35,925 bases of DNA from Actinomycetota bacterium (lineage in GTDB: Bacteria > Actinomycetota > UBA4738 > HRBIN12). The number at the start of each line of letters is the position of its first letter. Position 1 is the stretch's first letter. Below are positions 19,520-27,895 of this stretch, in pieces. The position numbers and the translations under genes are program-made. The stretch is taken from NCBI GenBank assembly GCA_046082745.1, contig JBJTYK010000074.1, positions 1-35,925 of the forward strand, given 5' to 3'. The notes under the pieces were generated by a model that was not told the origin of the DNA, searched no databases, and was given only the letters and a program-made list of their open reading frames with translations.

Positions 19520-20539
19520 ATGCGGCACCGCACCTCTGGCCGACGGGAGCGGCGGCGGGCCGTGGCCACGGTGGTCGTCGGCGCGCTCGCCCTCGCAGCA
19601 GTGCTTCCGGGCATCGCGGCGGCGCTCACGACCGACGACGCCCCGACGACGTGGAACTGGCAGCTCGACGCCCAGGGCTCCGACGACGAGCCGAACCAGA
19701 AGGACCTCACCGCCCACGCCGCGGCGCTCGGGCAGGACGACACGTTCTGGGTGACCTGGAAGTGGGACGACACCCGCTTCCCCGGTAACAACAGCGGGGA
19801 CGCATGTTCGCTCTTCGACACGGCGCCCTTCGACGCGCTCGTCGATGCCGCGGTCTGCGTCACCGTGAAGGGGATCGACGCGGAACAGGTGCGCACATCG
19901 CCGCGGGTCTACCTCTGCGACGACGACTCGGAGGACCGCTGCTTCGGGGCTCGGCTCGTCGGTTCCGGCTCCGACCTCTCGACCGCGTGCTCGGTCGATT
20001 CGACCGCGCCGGAGGCCTTCGGCGGGAGCACGGCCGACACCCAGGCGATCTGCCACGTCGACCTCACTGAGATCGACGCGGGGAGCACCCCGATCCTGCG
20101 CAACACCTGCTCGTACCCGTCGCAGGAACCGAACTCCGACCCATCGGACTGCGTCCTCGCCGGCGTCGTGCCGCCGATCGACACGACGCCCTCGACCACG
20201 GCCGAGACCACGGCGATCCTCGCCGACGACGTGGCGCTGCCGTCGAACGCGGTGGGAACCGTGGTGTTCCGGCTCTACGCGGACGATCCAGCCGCCGAGA
20301 CCGAGACGCTCTGCGACACGCTCCTGTACGAGTCGGGCGAGATCGCCGTGGCGGACGGGACGGCGTCGTCGATGGATGACCCGAACCTCGCCGAGCCGGG
20401 CCCGTACACCGAGACGATCACGGCGGACACCACCTACAGCTGGGAGGCGCACTTCACGTCGGGGACGGACTTCTATCTCGACGCCGACGCGCCCTGCGGC
20501 GAGACGACGACCGTCACCGTCGCGACCGTCGCGCCCTGA
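19520..20539 (+). CDS. Secreted Cys-rich, Asp/Thr-rich protein of unknown function
   Basis: N-terminal RRERRR n-region, a hydrophobic core and AAA-L cleavage-like site. The mature part has 9 Cys. It has high GC3, a good SD and a strong downstream hairpin. No family recognised with confidence. Confidence 0.65.
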   Translation: MRHRTSGRRERRRAVATVVVGALALAAVLPGIAAALTTDDAPTTWNWQLDAQGSDDEPNQKDLTAHAAALGQDDTFWVTWKWDDTRFPGNNSGDACSLFDTAPFDALVDAAVCVTVKGIDAEQVRTSPRVYLCDDDSEDRCFGARLVGSGSDLSTACSVDSTAPEAFGGSTADTQAICHVDLTEIDAGSTPILRNTCSYPSQEPNSDPSDCVLAGVVPPIDTTPSTTAETTAILADDVALPSNAVGTVVFRLYADDPAAETETLCDTLLYESGEIAVADGTASSMDDPNLAEPGPYTETITADTTYSWEAHFTSGTDFYLDADAPCGETTTVTVATVAP

Positions 20540-20554
20540 TCGGACCGAACGCGC

Positions 20555-20585
20555 GAGGGGGGCGGCCCGGAGGGCCGCCCCCCTC
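20555..20585. terminator. Bidirectional intrinsic-terminator-like hairpin between convergent genes
   Basis: GAGGGGGGCGGCCC-GGA-GGGCCGCCCCCCTC forms a 14-bp perfect GC stem with a 3-nt loop. It sits between the secreted-protein stop (20539) and the DUF2469 stop (20600). Confidence 0.7.
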
Positions 20586-20599
20586 CGCACATCCGCGCC

Positions 20600-20902
20600 T
20601 CAGGAACCGATCGACGGGAGTTCATCCCGCCGGATCTCCTCCACGTTCACGTCGCGGCGGGTGAGCACCCGCACGGAGGCCACGAACCGCGCGGGCCGGA
20701 ACATGTCCCAGACCCACGCGTCGGTCATCCGGACCTCGACCCATCCCTCGGGTGTTCGCTCGACCTCGACCGCGTTCGCGAGGTAGAAGCGCCGCTCCGT
20801 CTCGACGACGTGGGAGAACATCCCGACGACGTCGCGGTACTCGCGGTAGAGCTCGAGTTCGCGCTCCTCCTCGAACCGCTCGACGTCGTCCTCGTCCGGC
20901 AT
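20600..20902 (-). CDS. DUF2469-family conserved actinobacterial protein
   Basis: [48 protein letters not shown]... (100 aa). This resembles the conserved small protein adjacent to rnhB in actinobacteria. Confidence 0.8.
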   Translation of the reverse strand: MPDEDDVERFEEERELELYREYRDVVGMFSHVVETERRFYLANAVEVERTPEGWVEVRMTDAWVWDMFRPARFVASVRVLTRRDVNVEEIRRDELPSIGS

Positions 20903-20974
20903 CGCGTCACTGTACCCGCCCGGGCCGACCCGGCGGCCCTTGCGCTGCGCCGCGCGACCCGCCACGCTCCCCAC

Positions 20975-21682
20975 ATGCCGACGCGCCCGACCCTCCGCGT
21001 GGAACGCGGGCTCCTCGCCGCGGGTCACGCGCTCGTCGCGGGCGCCGACGAGGTCGGGCGCGGCGCGCTCGCGGGACCCGTCACGGCCGGCGTCGTCCTC
21101 CTCGATGCCGCGCGGAAGGCCCCCGATGGCCTGCGCGACAGCAAGCTCCTGTCCCCCGCGCGTCGCGAAGGACTCGTCCCGGAGATCGAGGCGTGGGCGA
21201 GCGCGTCCGCCGTCGGCCACGCGAGCGCCGCGGAGATCGATCACTACGGCATCCTCCGGGCGCTCCGGCTCGCGGGCGAGCGGGCGTTGGCGCAGTTGTC
21301 CGACCTTCCGGAGGTCGTGCTCCTCGACGGGAATCACGACTGGCTCCACCGTCCCGCCCGCATCGGCACCTCGCCGCTCGCCGCCGCCGCGCCGCGCGTG
21401 GAACTGCGCGTGCGCGCCGACCTCGAGTGCGCGAGCGCGGCGGCGGCGAGCGTCCTCGCGAAGGTGGCCCGCGACGCGATCATGACCGACCTGGCTCGAG
21501 CGTTCCCCGCGTACGGGTGGGACGAGAACCGCGGATACGCGAGCGACGGCCACCGGCGCGCGATCGCGCAGCACGGGCCGTGCGAGCACCACCGGAAGAC
21601 GTGGCAGCTCCTGCCGAGCGGGGTGCAGGGTGAGCTGTGGGCGGGACGCGGACCGGACCCGGGTCCGCCGGGCGCCGCCTAG
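20975..21682 (+). CDS. rnhB: Ribonuclease HII
   Basis: Start MPTRPTL (ATG 20975), then [32 protein letters not shown] and [10 protein letters not shown]. Confidence 0.9.
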   Translation: MPTRPTLRVERGLLAAGHALVAGADEVGRGALAGPVTAGVVLLDAARKAPDGLRDSKLLSPARREGLVPEIEAWASASAVGHASAAEIDHYGILRALRLAGERALAQLSDLPEVVLLDGNHDWLHRPARIGTSPLAAAAPRVELRVRADLECASAAAASVLAKVARDAIMTDLARAFPAYGWDENRGYASDGHRRAIAQHGPCEHHRKTWQLLPSGVQGELWAGRGPDPGPPGAA

Positions 21683-21686
21683 TCGC

Positions 21687-22247
21687 TCAGGACTCGGACG
21701 GCGCTTCCTCGGCGGCGACCTCGGGGGCGGCTGCCTCAGGGGTCGCGGCCTCGTCGGACGCTCCGCCCTCGGGCGTCGCGGTCGCCTCCGCCTCGGCCTC
21801 GGCAGCGGCCTGCGCCTCCGCCTCCGCGATGCGACGCTCGGCCTCCGCCTCGGCCTGCCGCGCCGCCTCGAGCGCCGCGGCCTCGGCCGCGATCTCCTCG
21901 GGCGAACGCCGGCGCTCGCGGATCCGCGCCTTGCGGCCGGTGAGCTCGCGAAGGTAGTAGAGCTTCGCGCGACGGACCTTCCCCGGCACGACGACCTCGA
22001 ACTTCGCGATCGTCGGCGAATGGACCGGGAACGTGCGCTCCACCCCGACGCCGAAGGAGATCTTGCGGACCGTGAAGGTCTCCTGCAGGCCCCCGCCCTG
22101 GCGGCGGATCACGACGCCCTGGAAGATCTGGACGCGCTCCTTGCCGCCCTCGACGACGCGGGCGTGGACGCGCACGGTGTCCCCCGGACGGAACGACGGG
22201 ATGTCGGTGCGCAGGTACGCCTGGTCGACGATGTCGGTGGGGTTCAT
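21687..22247 (-). CDS. rplS: 50S ribosomal protein L19 with a ~70-aa Ala/Glu-rich C-terminal extension
   Basis: [73 protein letters not shown], followed by [36 protein letters not shown]... Confidence 0.93.
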   Translation of the reverse strand: MNPTDIVDQAYLRTDIPSFRPGDTVRVHARVVEGGKERVQIFQGVVIRRQGGGLQETFTVRKISFGVGVERTFPVHSPTIAKFEVVVPGKVRRAKLYYLRELTGRKARIRERRRSPEEIAAEAAALEAARQAEAEAERRIAEAEAQAAAEAEAEATATPEGGASDEAATPEAAAPEVAAEEAPSES

Positions 22248-22290
22248 GGGAGCGGGAATGGTAGCAGGGCGCCCCGGGACGCCCGGGGGG

Positions 22291-22965
22291 TCAGCGCTCC
22301 CCGAGGAGGTCGGGGCGGTTCCTGCGGGTCTTCGCGAGTGCGGCCTCCCGGCGCCAGCGATCGACCTCGGCGTGGTTGCCGGACAGGAGCACCTCGGGCA
22401 CGGCCATCCCGCGGAACTCGGCGGGTCGCGTGTAGTGCGGGTGGTCGAGGATGCCGTCCTCGAAGGAGTCCCGCCGGTGCGACTCCTCACGGCCGATCAC
22501 GCCCGGCAGCAGCCGCGTCACCGCCTCGATGAGGACGAGCGCGGGGACCTCGCCGCCGGAGAGCACGTAGTCGCCGATCGAGACCTCCTCGGCCGGAAGC
22601 CCCTCGACGACGCGCTCGTCGATGCCCTCGTACCGCCCGCAGATGACGACGAGCGCGGGCTCGGCCGCGAGCTCGCGCACGAGGGCCTGGTCGAGGCGTC
22701 GGCCCGCGGGCGACAGGAGGATCGTCCGGCCCGCCCGCGGGCCGAGCGCCTCGACCGTCGCGAAGATCGGCTCCGGCTTCATCACCATCCCCGGTCCCCC
22801 ACCGAACGGCTCGTCGTCGACCTGCCGGTGGCGGTCCTCGGTGTGGTCGCGCGGGTCGTGGAGGCGCACCTCGACGAGCCCCCGGTCGATCGCTCGCCCG
22901 AGGAGGCTCTCGGCGAGCGCGCCGCGGAGGATGCCCGGGAAGATCGTCACGACGTCGATGCGCAC
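22291..22965 (-). CDS. trmD: tRNA (guanine37-N1)-methyltransferase
   Basis: [11 protein letters not shown]..., [28 protein letters not shown] and [14 protein letters not shown] start at 22965. Confidence 0.95.
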   Translation of the reverse strand: MRIDVVTIFPGILRGALAESLLGRAIDRGLVEVRLHDPRDHTEDRHRQVDDEPFGGGPGMVMKPEPIFATVEALGPRAGRTILLSPAGRRLDQALVRELAAEPALVVICGRYEGIDERVVEGLPAEEVSIGDYVLSGGEVPALVLIEAVTRLLPGVIGREESHRRDSFEDGILDHPHYTRPAEFRGMAVPEVLLSGNHAEVDRWRREAALAKTRRNRPDLLGER

Positions 22966-22971
22966 GCCCCG

Positions 22972-22977
22972 AGGCTA
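22972..22977 (-). promoter_or_regulatory. Candidate -10 box (TAGCCT) placed for a leaderless trmD transcript
   Basis: The minus strand reads TAGCCT-cggggc-GTG, so the 7th nt after the hexamer is the G of the trmD start codon. No SD is present. Motif match only. Confidence 0.35.
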
Positions 22978-23026
22978 CCGGGGGCCGCTTGCCTCGGCGA
23001 GCGGGCGACGGGAGGATGCGCCGACG

Positions 23027-25273
23027 ATGGGAACGGTTGCCGCGACCCTCCGACGCCTCACCCGCCGTCGGCGCGACGACGTCTACGACCGCATCCGGGA
23101 CGCGATCCGGGGCGCGCACCGCGTCCCCCGCGGCACGCGCCCCGGCGACCACCTCGCGCTCACCGCGCCGACGATCCGCATCGAGCGACCGGGCGGCGTC
23201 TGGGCGTCGGTCGACGCAGCGCTCCGCCCCGAGGCGTGGCGACCGCGGCTCGCCGACGGCGTCGAGGTCGTGGACTTCCCCTCCCGGCGCGGTCGCGCCC
23301 ACGCGATCATCGCGAGCCCCGATCGCCTCGAGCACTTCCGCGTCGAACCCTGGGAGGCGCGGCTCGCGCGACGGATGGACGGCACGCGGAGCGTCCAGGA
23401 CCTCATCGTCGAGCAGCTCGAGGAGGAGGGTGAGTTCGACGCGGCCGCCGTGACGCGACTCGTGACGCTCCTGCGCAGCGAGGACCTCCTCGCGACCCGC
23501 GCGGTGAACCTCCGGAAGGTCATCCGGCGCGCGCTCGACCCGACCCCGACGCGCCGCGCCCGCGTCTCGGAGTTCGGCCGGAGCCTGCGGGTGGACTGGG
23601 CGGGCGTCGAGCGGCTCACCCGATTCCTCCACCGCACCGTCCTCCGCCACGCCTTCCGCCCGGCGGCGGTCCTCGCCTGCGGGATCGTCTCCGCCGCGGG
23701 GTTCGCGGCGTTCACCGTGCTCTCCGAATCCCATCGCTTCCGCCTCGGCGACCCGTCCTACGCGGAGATCGCGGTGCTCCTCATCCTCGCCTTCTTCCTC
23801 ACCGCGGCGCACGAGCTCGGCCACGCGACGGCGCTCGTCCACTACGACCGGCGGGTCATCAGCTCCGGCGTGGAACTCCTCTTCGCGACGCCGACGTTCT
23901 TCGTGGACGCCTCCGACGCGCAGACGCTGCCGAAGCGCGAGCGCATCGTCCAGGCGTTCGCCGGTCCGTGGGCCGAGCTCGTGATGGCGGGGACCGCGTC
24001 GCTCATCGTGTTCGCCGCACCCGACGCCCCCGCCGCCGTCACGCTCTACCGGTTCGCCCTGTCGAACTACTTCTTCATCTTCCAGAACTTCATCCCGCTG
24101 CTGCGTCTCGACGGGTACTGGATGCTCTCCGACGCGATCGACGAGGCGGACCTGCGCGGCGCGTCGTTCCAGTTCGTCCGCCACGACCTCTGGTACCGAC
24201 TCCGGCACCGGGAACCCATCCGCCCGCAGGAATGGCTCCTCGTCGCCTTCGCGGTCCTCGGGCCGCTCTACGGGGTCTACGCCTTCTACGCGGCGGTCCT
24301 CGCCTGGGACCTCGGTCAGGTCGTCGGGGACCTCTGGGCGAACGGCGCGCCGTCGCGGCTCCTCCTCGCGCTCCTCGTCCTCGTCTTCGCCGGGCCGGTG
24401 ATCCGCGCGGGCTTCGACCTCCTGCGAACGCTTTTCCGCCGCCTCCGCGCGCTCGCCGCGCGCGTGCGCTTCCGCCTCCAGCGGAGCTGGCGCGCGGAGG
24501 CGGCGGAGCTCGTCGGGGCCCTGCCGGGCTTCGACGGACTCGGCGACGACGCGCGCGCGGCGATCGAACGCGCGGTGCGCCTCGGGACGTACGCTCCCGG
24601 CCAACCCGTCTTCCGCCAGGGCGACCGCCCGACGGCGTTCTACGTCGTGCGCAGCGGCGAGGTCGCCGTCGAGGACCTCGATCCGCACACCGGCGAGGTC
24701 CGGGTCCTGCGGACCCTCGGTCGCGGGGCCTCGTTCGGGGAACTCGGGCTCCTCGACATGGCGGCGCGCTCGGCGACCGTGCGCGCGACCGCGGAGACGC
24801 AGCTCTTCGAGGTCGGCAAGAGCGCGTTCGACCGGCTCCTGGCCGACACGATCGAGGCGCCACGGTTCGCGCCGTCGATGCAGAACTTCGCGGAGCTCCG
24901 GAGCCTGCCGACGTTCCGCCACCTGCCGACGGAGCGGCTCGCCGAGGTCCTCGAGCGCGGTGGCTGGGCGGGCTTCGAGACCGGCGACGTCATCGTCCAG
25001 CAGGGCGAGCCGGCCGACGCCTTCTACGTCATCGCCCGGGGTCAGGCGGTCGTCGACATCGACGGCGAGTTCGTCCGCGCGCTCGGCCAGGGCGCCTACT
25101 TCGGCGAGATCGCCCTCCTGCACGACGTGCCCCGGACCGCGACCGTCACCGCCGCGAGCGCGATGCGGGTCTTCCGGCTCGACCGCGAGGGGTTCGAAGG
25201 GGTCATCGCCGGCCAGTTCGACCGCGGGTTCCCCACTCACTACCGACGTTCCCTGCGGGACATGGAGCACTGA
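23027..25273 (+). CDS. Membrane M50/site-2-protease-like protein with a PqqD/RRE-like N-domain and two C-terminal cyclic-nucleotide-binding domains (paralog A, 748 aa)
   Basis: GGGAGGA SD lies 10 nt before ATG 23027. Motifs are HELGH (23810-23824) inside a TM helix, NFIPLLRLDG, and two CAP-type cNMP motifs (FGELGLLDMAARSATVRA and FGEIALLHDVPRTATVTA). The N-terminal MDGTRSVQDLIVEQLEEEG...LLRSEDLL segment is PqqD-like. Confidence 0.82.
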   Translation: MGTVAATLRRLTRRRRDDVYDRIRDAIRGAHRVPRGTRPGDHLALTAPTIRIERPGGVWASVDAALRPEAWRPRLADGVEVVDFPSRRGRAHAIIASPDRLEHFRVEPWEARLARRMDGTRSVQDLIVEQLEEEGEFDAAAVTRLVTLLRSEDLLATRAVNLRKVIRRALDPTPTRRARVSEFGRSLRVDWAGVERLTRFLHRTVLRHAFRPAAVLACGIVSAAGFAAFTVLSESHRFRLGDPSYAEIAVLLILAFFLTAAHELGHATALVHYDRRVISSGVELLFATPTFFVDASDAQTLPKRERIVQAFAGPWAELVMAGTASLIVFAAPDAPAAVTLYRFALSNYFFIFQNFIPLLRLDGYWMLSDAIDEADLRGASFQFVRHDLWYRLRHREPIRPQEWLLVAFAVLGPLYGVYAFYAAVLAWDLGQVVGDLWANGAPSRLLLALLVLVFAGPVIRAGFDLLRTLFRRLRALAARVRFRLQRSWRAEAAELVGALPGFDGLGDDARAAIERAVRLGTYAPGQPVFRQGDRPTAFYVVRSGEVAVEDLDPHTGEVRVLRTLGRGASFGELGLLDMAARSATVRATAETQLFEVGKSAFDRLLADTIEAPRFAPSMQNFAELRSLPTFRHLPTERLAEVLERGGWAGFETGDVIVQQGEPADAFYVIARGQAVVDIDGEFVRALGQGAYFGEIALLHDVPRTATVTAASAMRVFRLDREGFEGVIAGQFDRGFPTHYRRSLRDMEH

Positions 25274-25370
25274 CCGTGGCGGCCCCCGGTCCGATGTCCC
25301 GGGAGGTTGCGCGGGCGCGCCCTCGGGAGCAGGATGCGCCGACGGGCCGACCGGACAGGAGGGGAACCGC

Positions 25371-27671
25371 GTGGAGTGGCTGATCCTCGGCTTCGCGTGT
25401 GCGGCGACCTACGTCATCGCCCGTGACTTCGTCCGCGAACGTCGCTGGCGCGCCTCCCGACCGGACATCGCCGGGGCGATCGTCGCAGGACTCGCCGCCG
25501 CGGCACCCGCGACCGCCGCCGCGCCGCTCCGCGACCTCCTCGGCGACCAGGGCGGCCTCGAGGTCGGCGGCGAGCCCGGGGGGCTCTGGGCGGCGATGGC
25601 GGAGCGGATCGACCCGTCGTCGTGGTTCCCGCAGCTCGCCGCGGGCGTCGAGGTCATGGAGTTCCCCTCGCGCTCGGGCAACGACTACGCGCTCGTGCGC
25701 AACCCCGAGGGCGACTCGCACTACACGCTCGAGATCTGGGAGGCCCGACTCGCGCAGCTCATGGACGGGACCCGGTCGATCAAGGACCTCATCCTCCTGC
25801 GCCTCGAGGAGGAGGGCGACCTCGACCCCGCCGCGATCGCCGCGCTCATCACGATGCTCCGCGTCGAGGGCCTCCTCGAGCCCCGCGCCGTGAACGCGGA
25901 GGTCCTCCTGCGGGAGCGCATCGACCCGTCCTCGCCCGGCCGCAGGAAGCTGAAGGAGTTCGCGAAGACGCTCCGCCTGCGCTGGATGGGCGCCGAGCGC
26001 TTCACCCGCTGGGCCTACGGGACGGGCCTCCGCTTCGCGTGGTCGAGGCCCGGCGCCCTCGCGTGCACAGCCGTCGCGGCCATCGGGATGGTGCTCTTCG
26101 TGCTCACGGTCCGTTCCGGGACATTCTCCTTCAACTACGACCGCGCCCCCATCGAGACCACGCTGCTCATCGTCCTCAGCTTCTTCCTCACCTTCTGCCA
26201 CGAACTCGCGCACGCGATGGCCCTCGTCCACAACCGGCGACGGGTGATCTCGGCGGGCTTCCTCGTGTTCTTCGGCTCTCCGGCGTTCTTCGTCGACGCG
26301 TCGGACGGGCAGATGATCCCCCGGCGGGGGCGCATCTTCCAGGCGTTCGCCGGTCCCTTCGCCGAGCTCGTCCTCTGCGGCGTCGCCTCCGTGTTCCTCT
26401 TCCTGTTCCCGGAGTCCCCGGCCGCCCCGCTCCTCTACCGGTTCAACTTCGTGGGCTACATCGTGATCTTCGAGAACCTCATCCCGCTCATCAAGCTCGA
26501 CGGGTATTGGATCCTGAGCGACCTCATCGGCGAACCGACGCTCCGCGAGGTCTCGACCCAGTACCTCCGGCACGAGCTCTGGGACCGTATCCGCAACCGC
26601 AAGGGCCTCACGCCGTACGAATGGTCGCTCGTCGTGTTCGCCCTGCTGGGGACGGCGTTCGCGATCTCGATGACCTGGATCGGCCTCGTCTTCTGGCAGC
26701 AGCTGTTCGGCGAGATCGTCGCGAACCTCTGGCGGGGCGGTTGGGGCACCCGCCTCCTGCTCATCGCGTTCGTCCTCGTGTTCGGCGGACCGCTCATCCG
26801 CGCCGGCATCGACGCCCTCCGGGCGGTCGTTCGGCGCGCGAAGGCGGGGGTCGCGGCGATCCGCTTCCGCCTCGAACAGTCGTGGCGGGTCGAGGCGGCG
26901 GAACTCATCGGCGCGCTCCCGGCGTTCGGCGAGCTCGACGAGGACGTCCTCTCCGACCTCGCCGGTCGGGTCCAACTCGATCAGTTCTCCGCGGGTCAGC
27001 CCGTGTTCCGCCAGGGCGACCAGCCCGAGGCGTTCTACGTCGTGCGCTCCGGCGCGGTCGCCGTCGAGGACGTCGATCCCGACACCGGGAACACCCGGAT
27101 CCTGCGCACGCTCGGGCGGGGCGACTCGTTCGGGGAACTCGGGCTCCTCGACATGGCCCCCCGTTCCGCCACGATCCGCGCCATCGAGGAAACGCAGCTC
27201 TTCGTCGTCGGCAAGAGCGCCTTCGACCGGCTGCTCGCGGACGCGATCGAGGCACCGAAGTTCGCGCCCTCGATGCAGAACTTCGCGGAACTCCGGGCGC
27301 TGCCGACGTTCCGACGGCTGGCGACCGATCGCCTCGCCGAGGTCCTCGAGCACGGCGAGTGGCGGACGTTCGTCGCGGGCGACGTCATCATCGAGCAGGG
27401 CGAGCCCGGCGACGCCTTCTACGCCATCCAGCGCGGCCAGGCGGACGTCGCCGTGGACGGCGAGTTCGTGCGGACCCTCGGCCAGGGCTCGTACTTCGGC
27501 GAGCTCGCGCTCCTGAACGACACCCCGCGCACGGCGACCGTCACCGCCGCGAGCGCGATGCGGGTCTTCCGGCTCGACCGAGAGGGGTTCGAGCAGGTCG
27601 TGGCGGAACAGTTCGAGGGTAGCGCCATCCCGGCGCACTACCGACGCTCGATGCGCGACATGGAGCACTGA
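25371..27671 (+). CDS. Paralog B of the PqqD-like / M50 / 2x cNMP-binding membrane protein (766 aa), with an extra N-terminal hydrophobic segment
   Basis: AGGAGGGG SD before GTG 25371. Motifs are HELAH, NLIPLIKLDG, FGELGLLDMAPRSATIRA and FGELALLNDTPRTATVTA. It is collinear with paralog A and ends with the same RDMEH. Confidence 0.82.
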   Translation: MEWLILGFACAATYVIARDFVRERRWRASRPDIAGAIVAGLAAAAPATAAAPLRDLLGDQGGLEVGGEPGGLWAAMAERIDPSSWFPQLAAGVEVMEFPSRSGNDYALVRNPEGDSHYTLEIWEARLAQLMDGTRSIKDLILLRLEEEGDLDPAAIAALITMLRVEGLLEPRAVNAEVLLRERIDPSSPGRRKLKEFAKTLRLRWMGAERFTRWAYGTGLRFAWSRPGALACTAVAAIGMVLFVLTVRSGTFSFNYDRAPIETTLLIVLSFFLTFCHELAHAMALVHNRRRVISAGFLVFFGSPAFFVDASDGQMIPRRGRIFQAFAGPFAELVLCGVASVFLFLFPESPAAPLLYRFNFVGYIVIFENLIPLIKLDGYWILSDLIGEPTLREVSTQYLRHELWDRIRNRKGLTPYEWSLVVFALLGTAFAISMTWIGLVFWQQLFGEIVANLWRGGWGTRLLLIAFVLVFGGPLIRAGIDALRAVVRRAKAGVAAIRFRLEQSWRVEAAELIGALPAFGELDEDVLSDLAGRVQLDQFSAGQPVFRQGDQPEAFYVVRSGAVAVEDVDPDTGNTRILRTLGRGDSFGELGLLDMAPRSATIRAIEETQLFVVGKSAFDRLLADAIEAPKFAPSMQNFAELRALPTFRRLATDRLAEVLEHGEWRTFVAGDVIIEQGEPGDAFYAIQRGQADVAVDGEFVRTLGQGSYFGELALLNDTPRTATVTAASAMRVFRLDREGFEQVVAEQFEGSAIPAHYRRSMRDMEH

Positions 27672-27682
27672 GGGAGGACGAC

Positions 27683-27895
27683 ATGGATTGCTGGCACTGC
27701 AGGACCACCGCGGTCGGGGCATGCCGCTTCTGCGGTCGAGGGGTCTGCGAGGACCACGCCCAGACCCAGCCGTACGTGCTCGAGCTCTTCAAGGGAAGCG
27801 GCCCCACCCGGGCGCTCGTCGTGGAGGACGCCCTGTTCTGCGGCGCCTGCACGCCGAGGCCCGACCCGCTCGACCTGCCCGAGCTCGACGTGTGA
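27683..27895 (+). CDS. Small Cys-rich zinc-ribbon protein (70 aa), DUF2180-like by recollection
   Basis: MDCWHCRTTAVGACRFCGRGVCEDH ... LFCGAC contains three CxxC-type pairs. GGGAGGA SD lies 5 nt before the ATG, and the start is 12 nt after the paralog B stop. Confidence 0.6.
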   Translation: MDCWHCRTTAVGACRFCGRGVCEDHAQTQPYVLELFKGSGPTRALVVEDALFCGACTPRPDPLDLPELDV

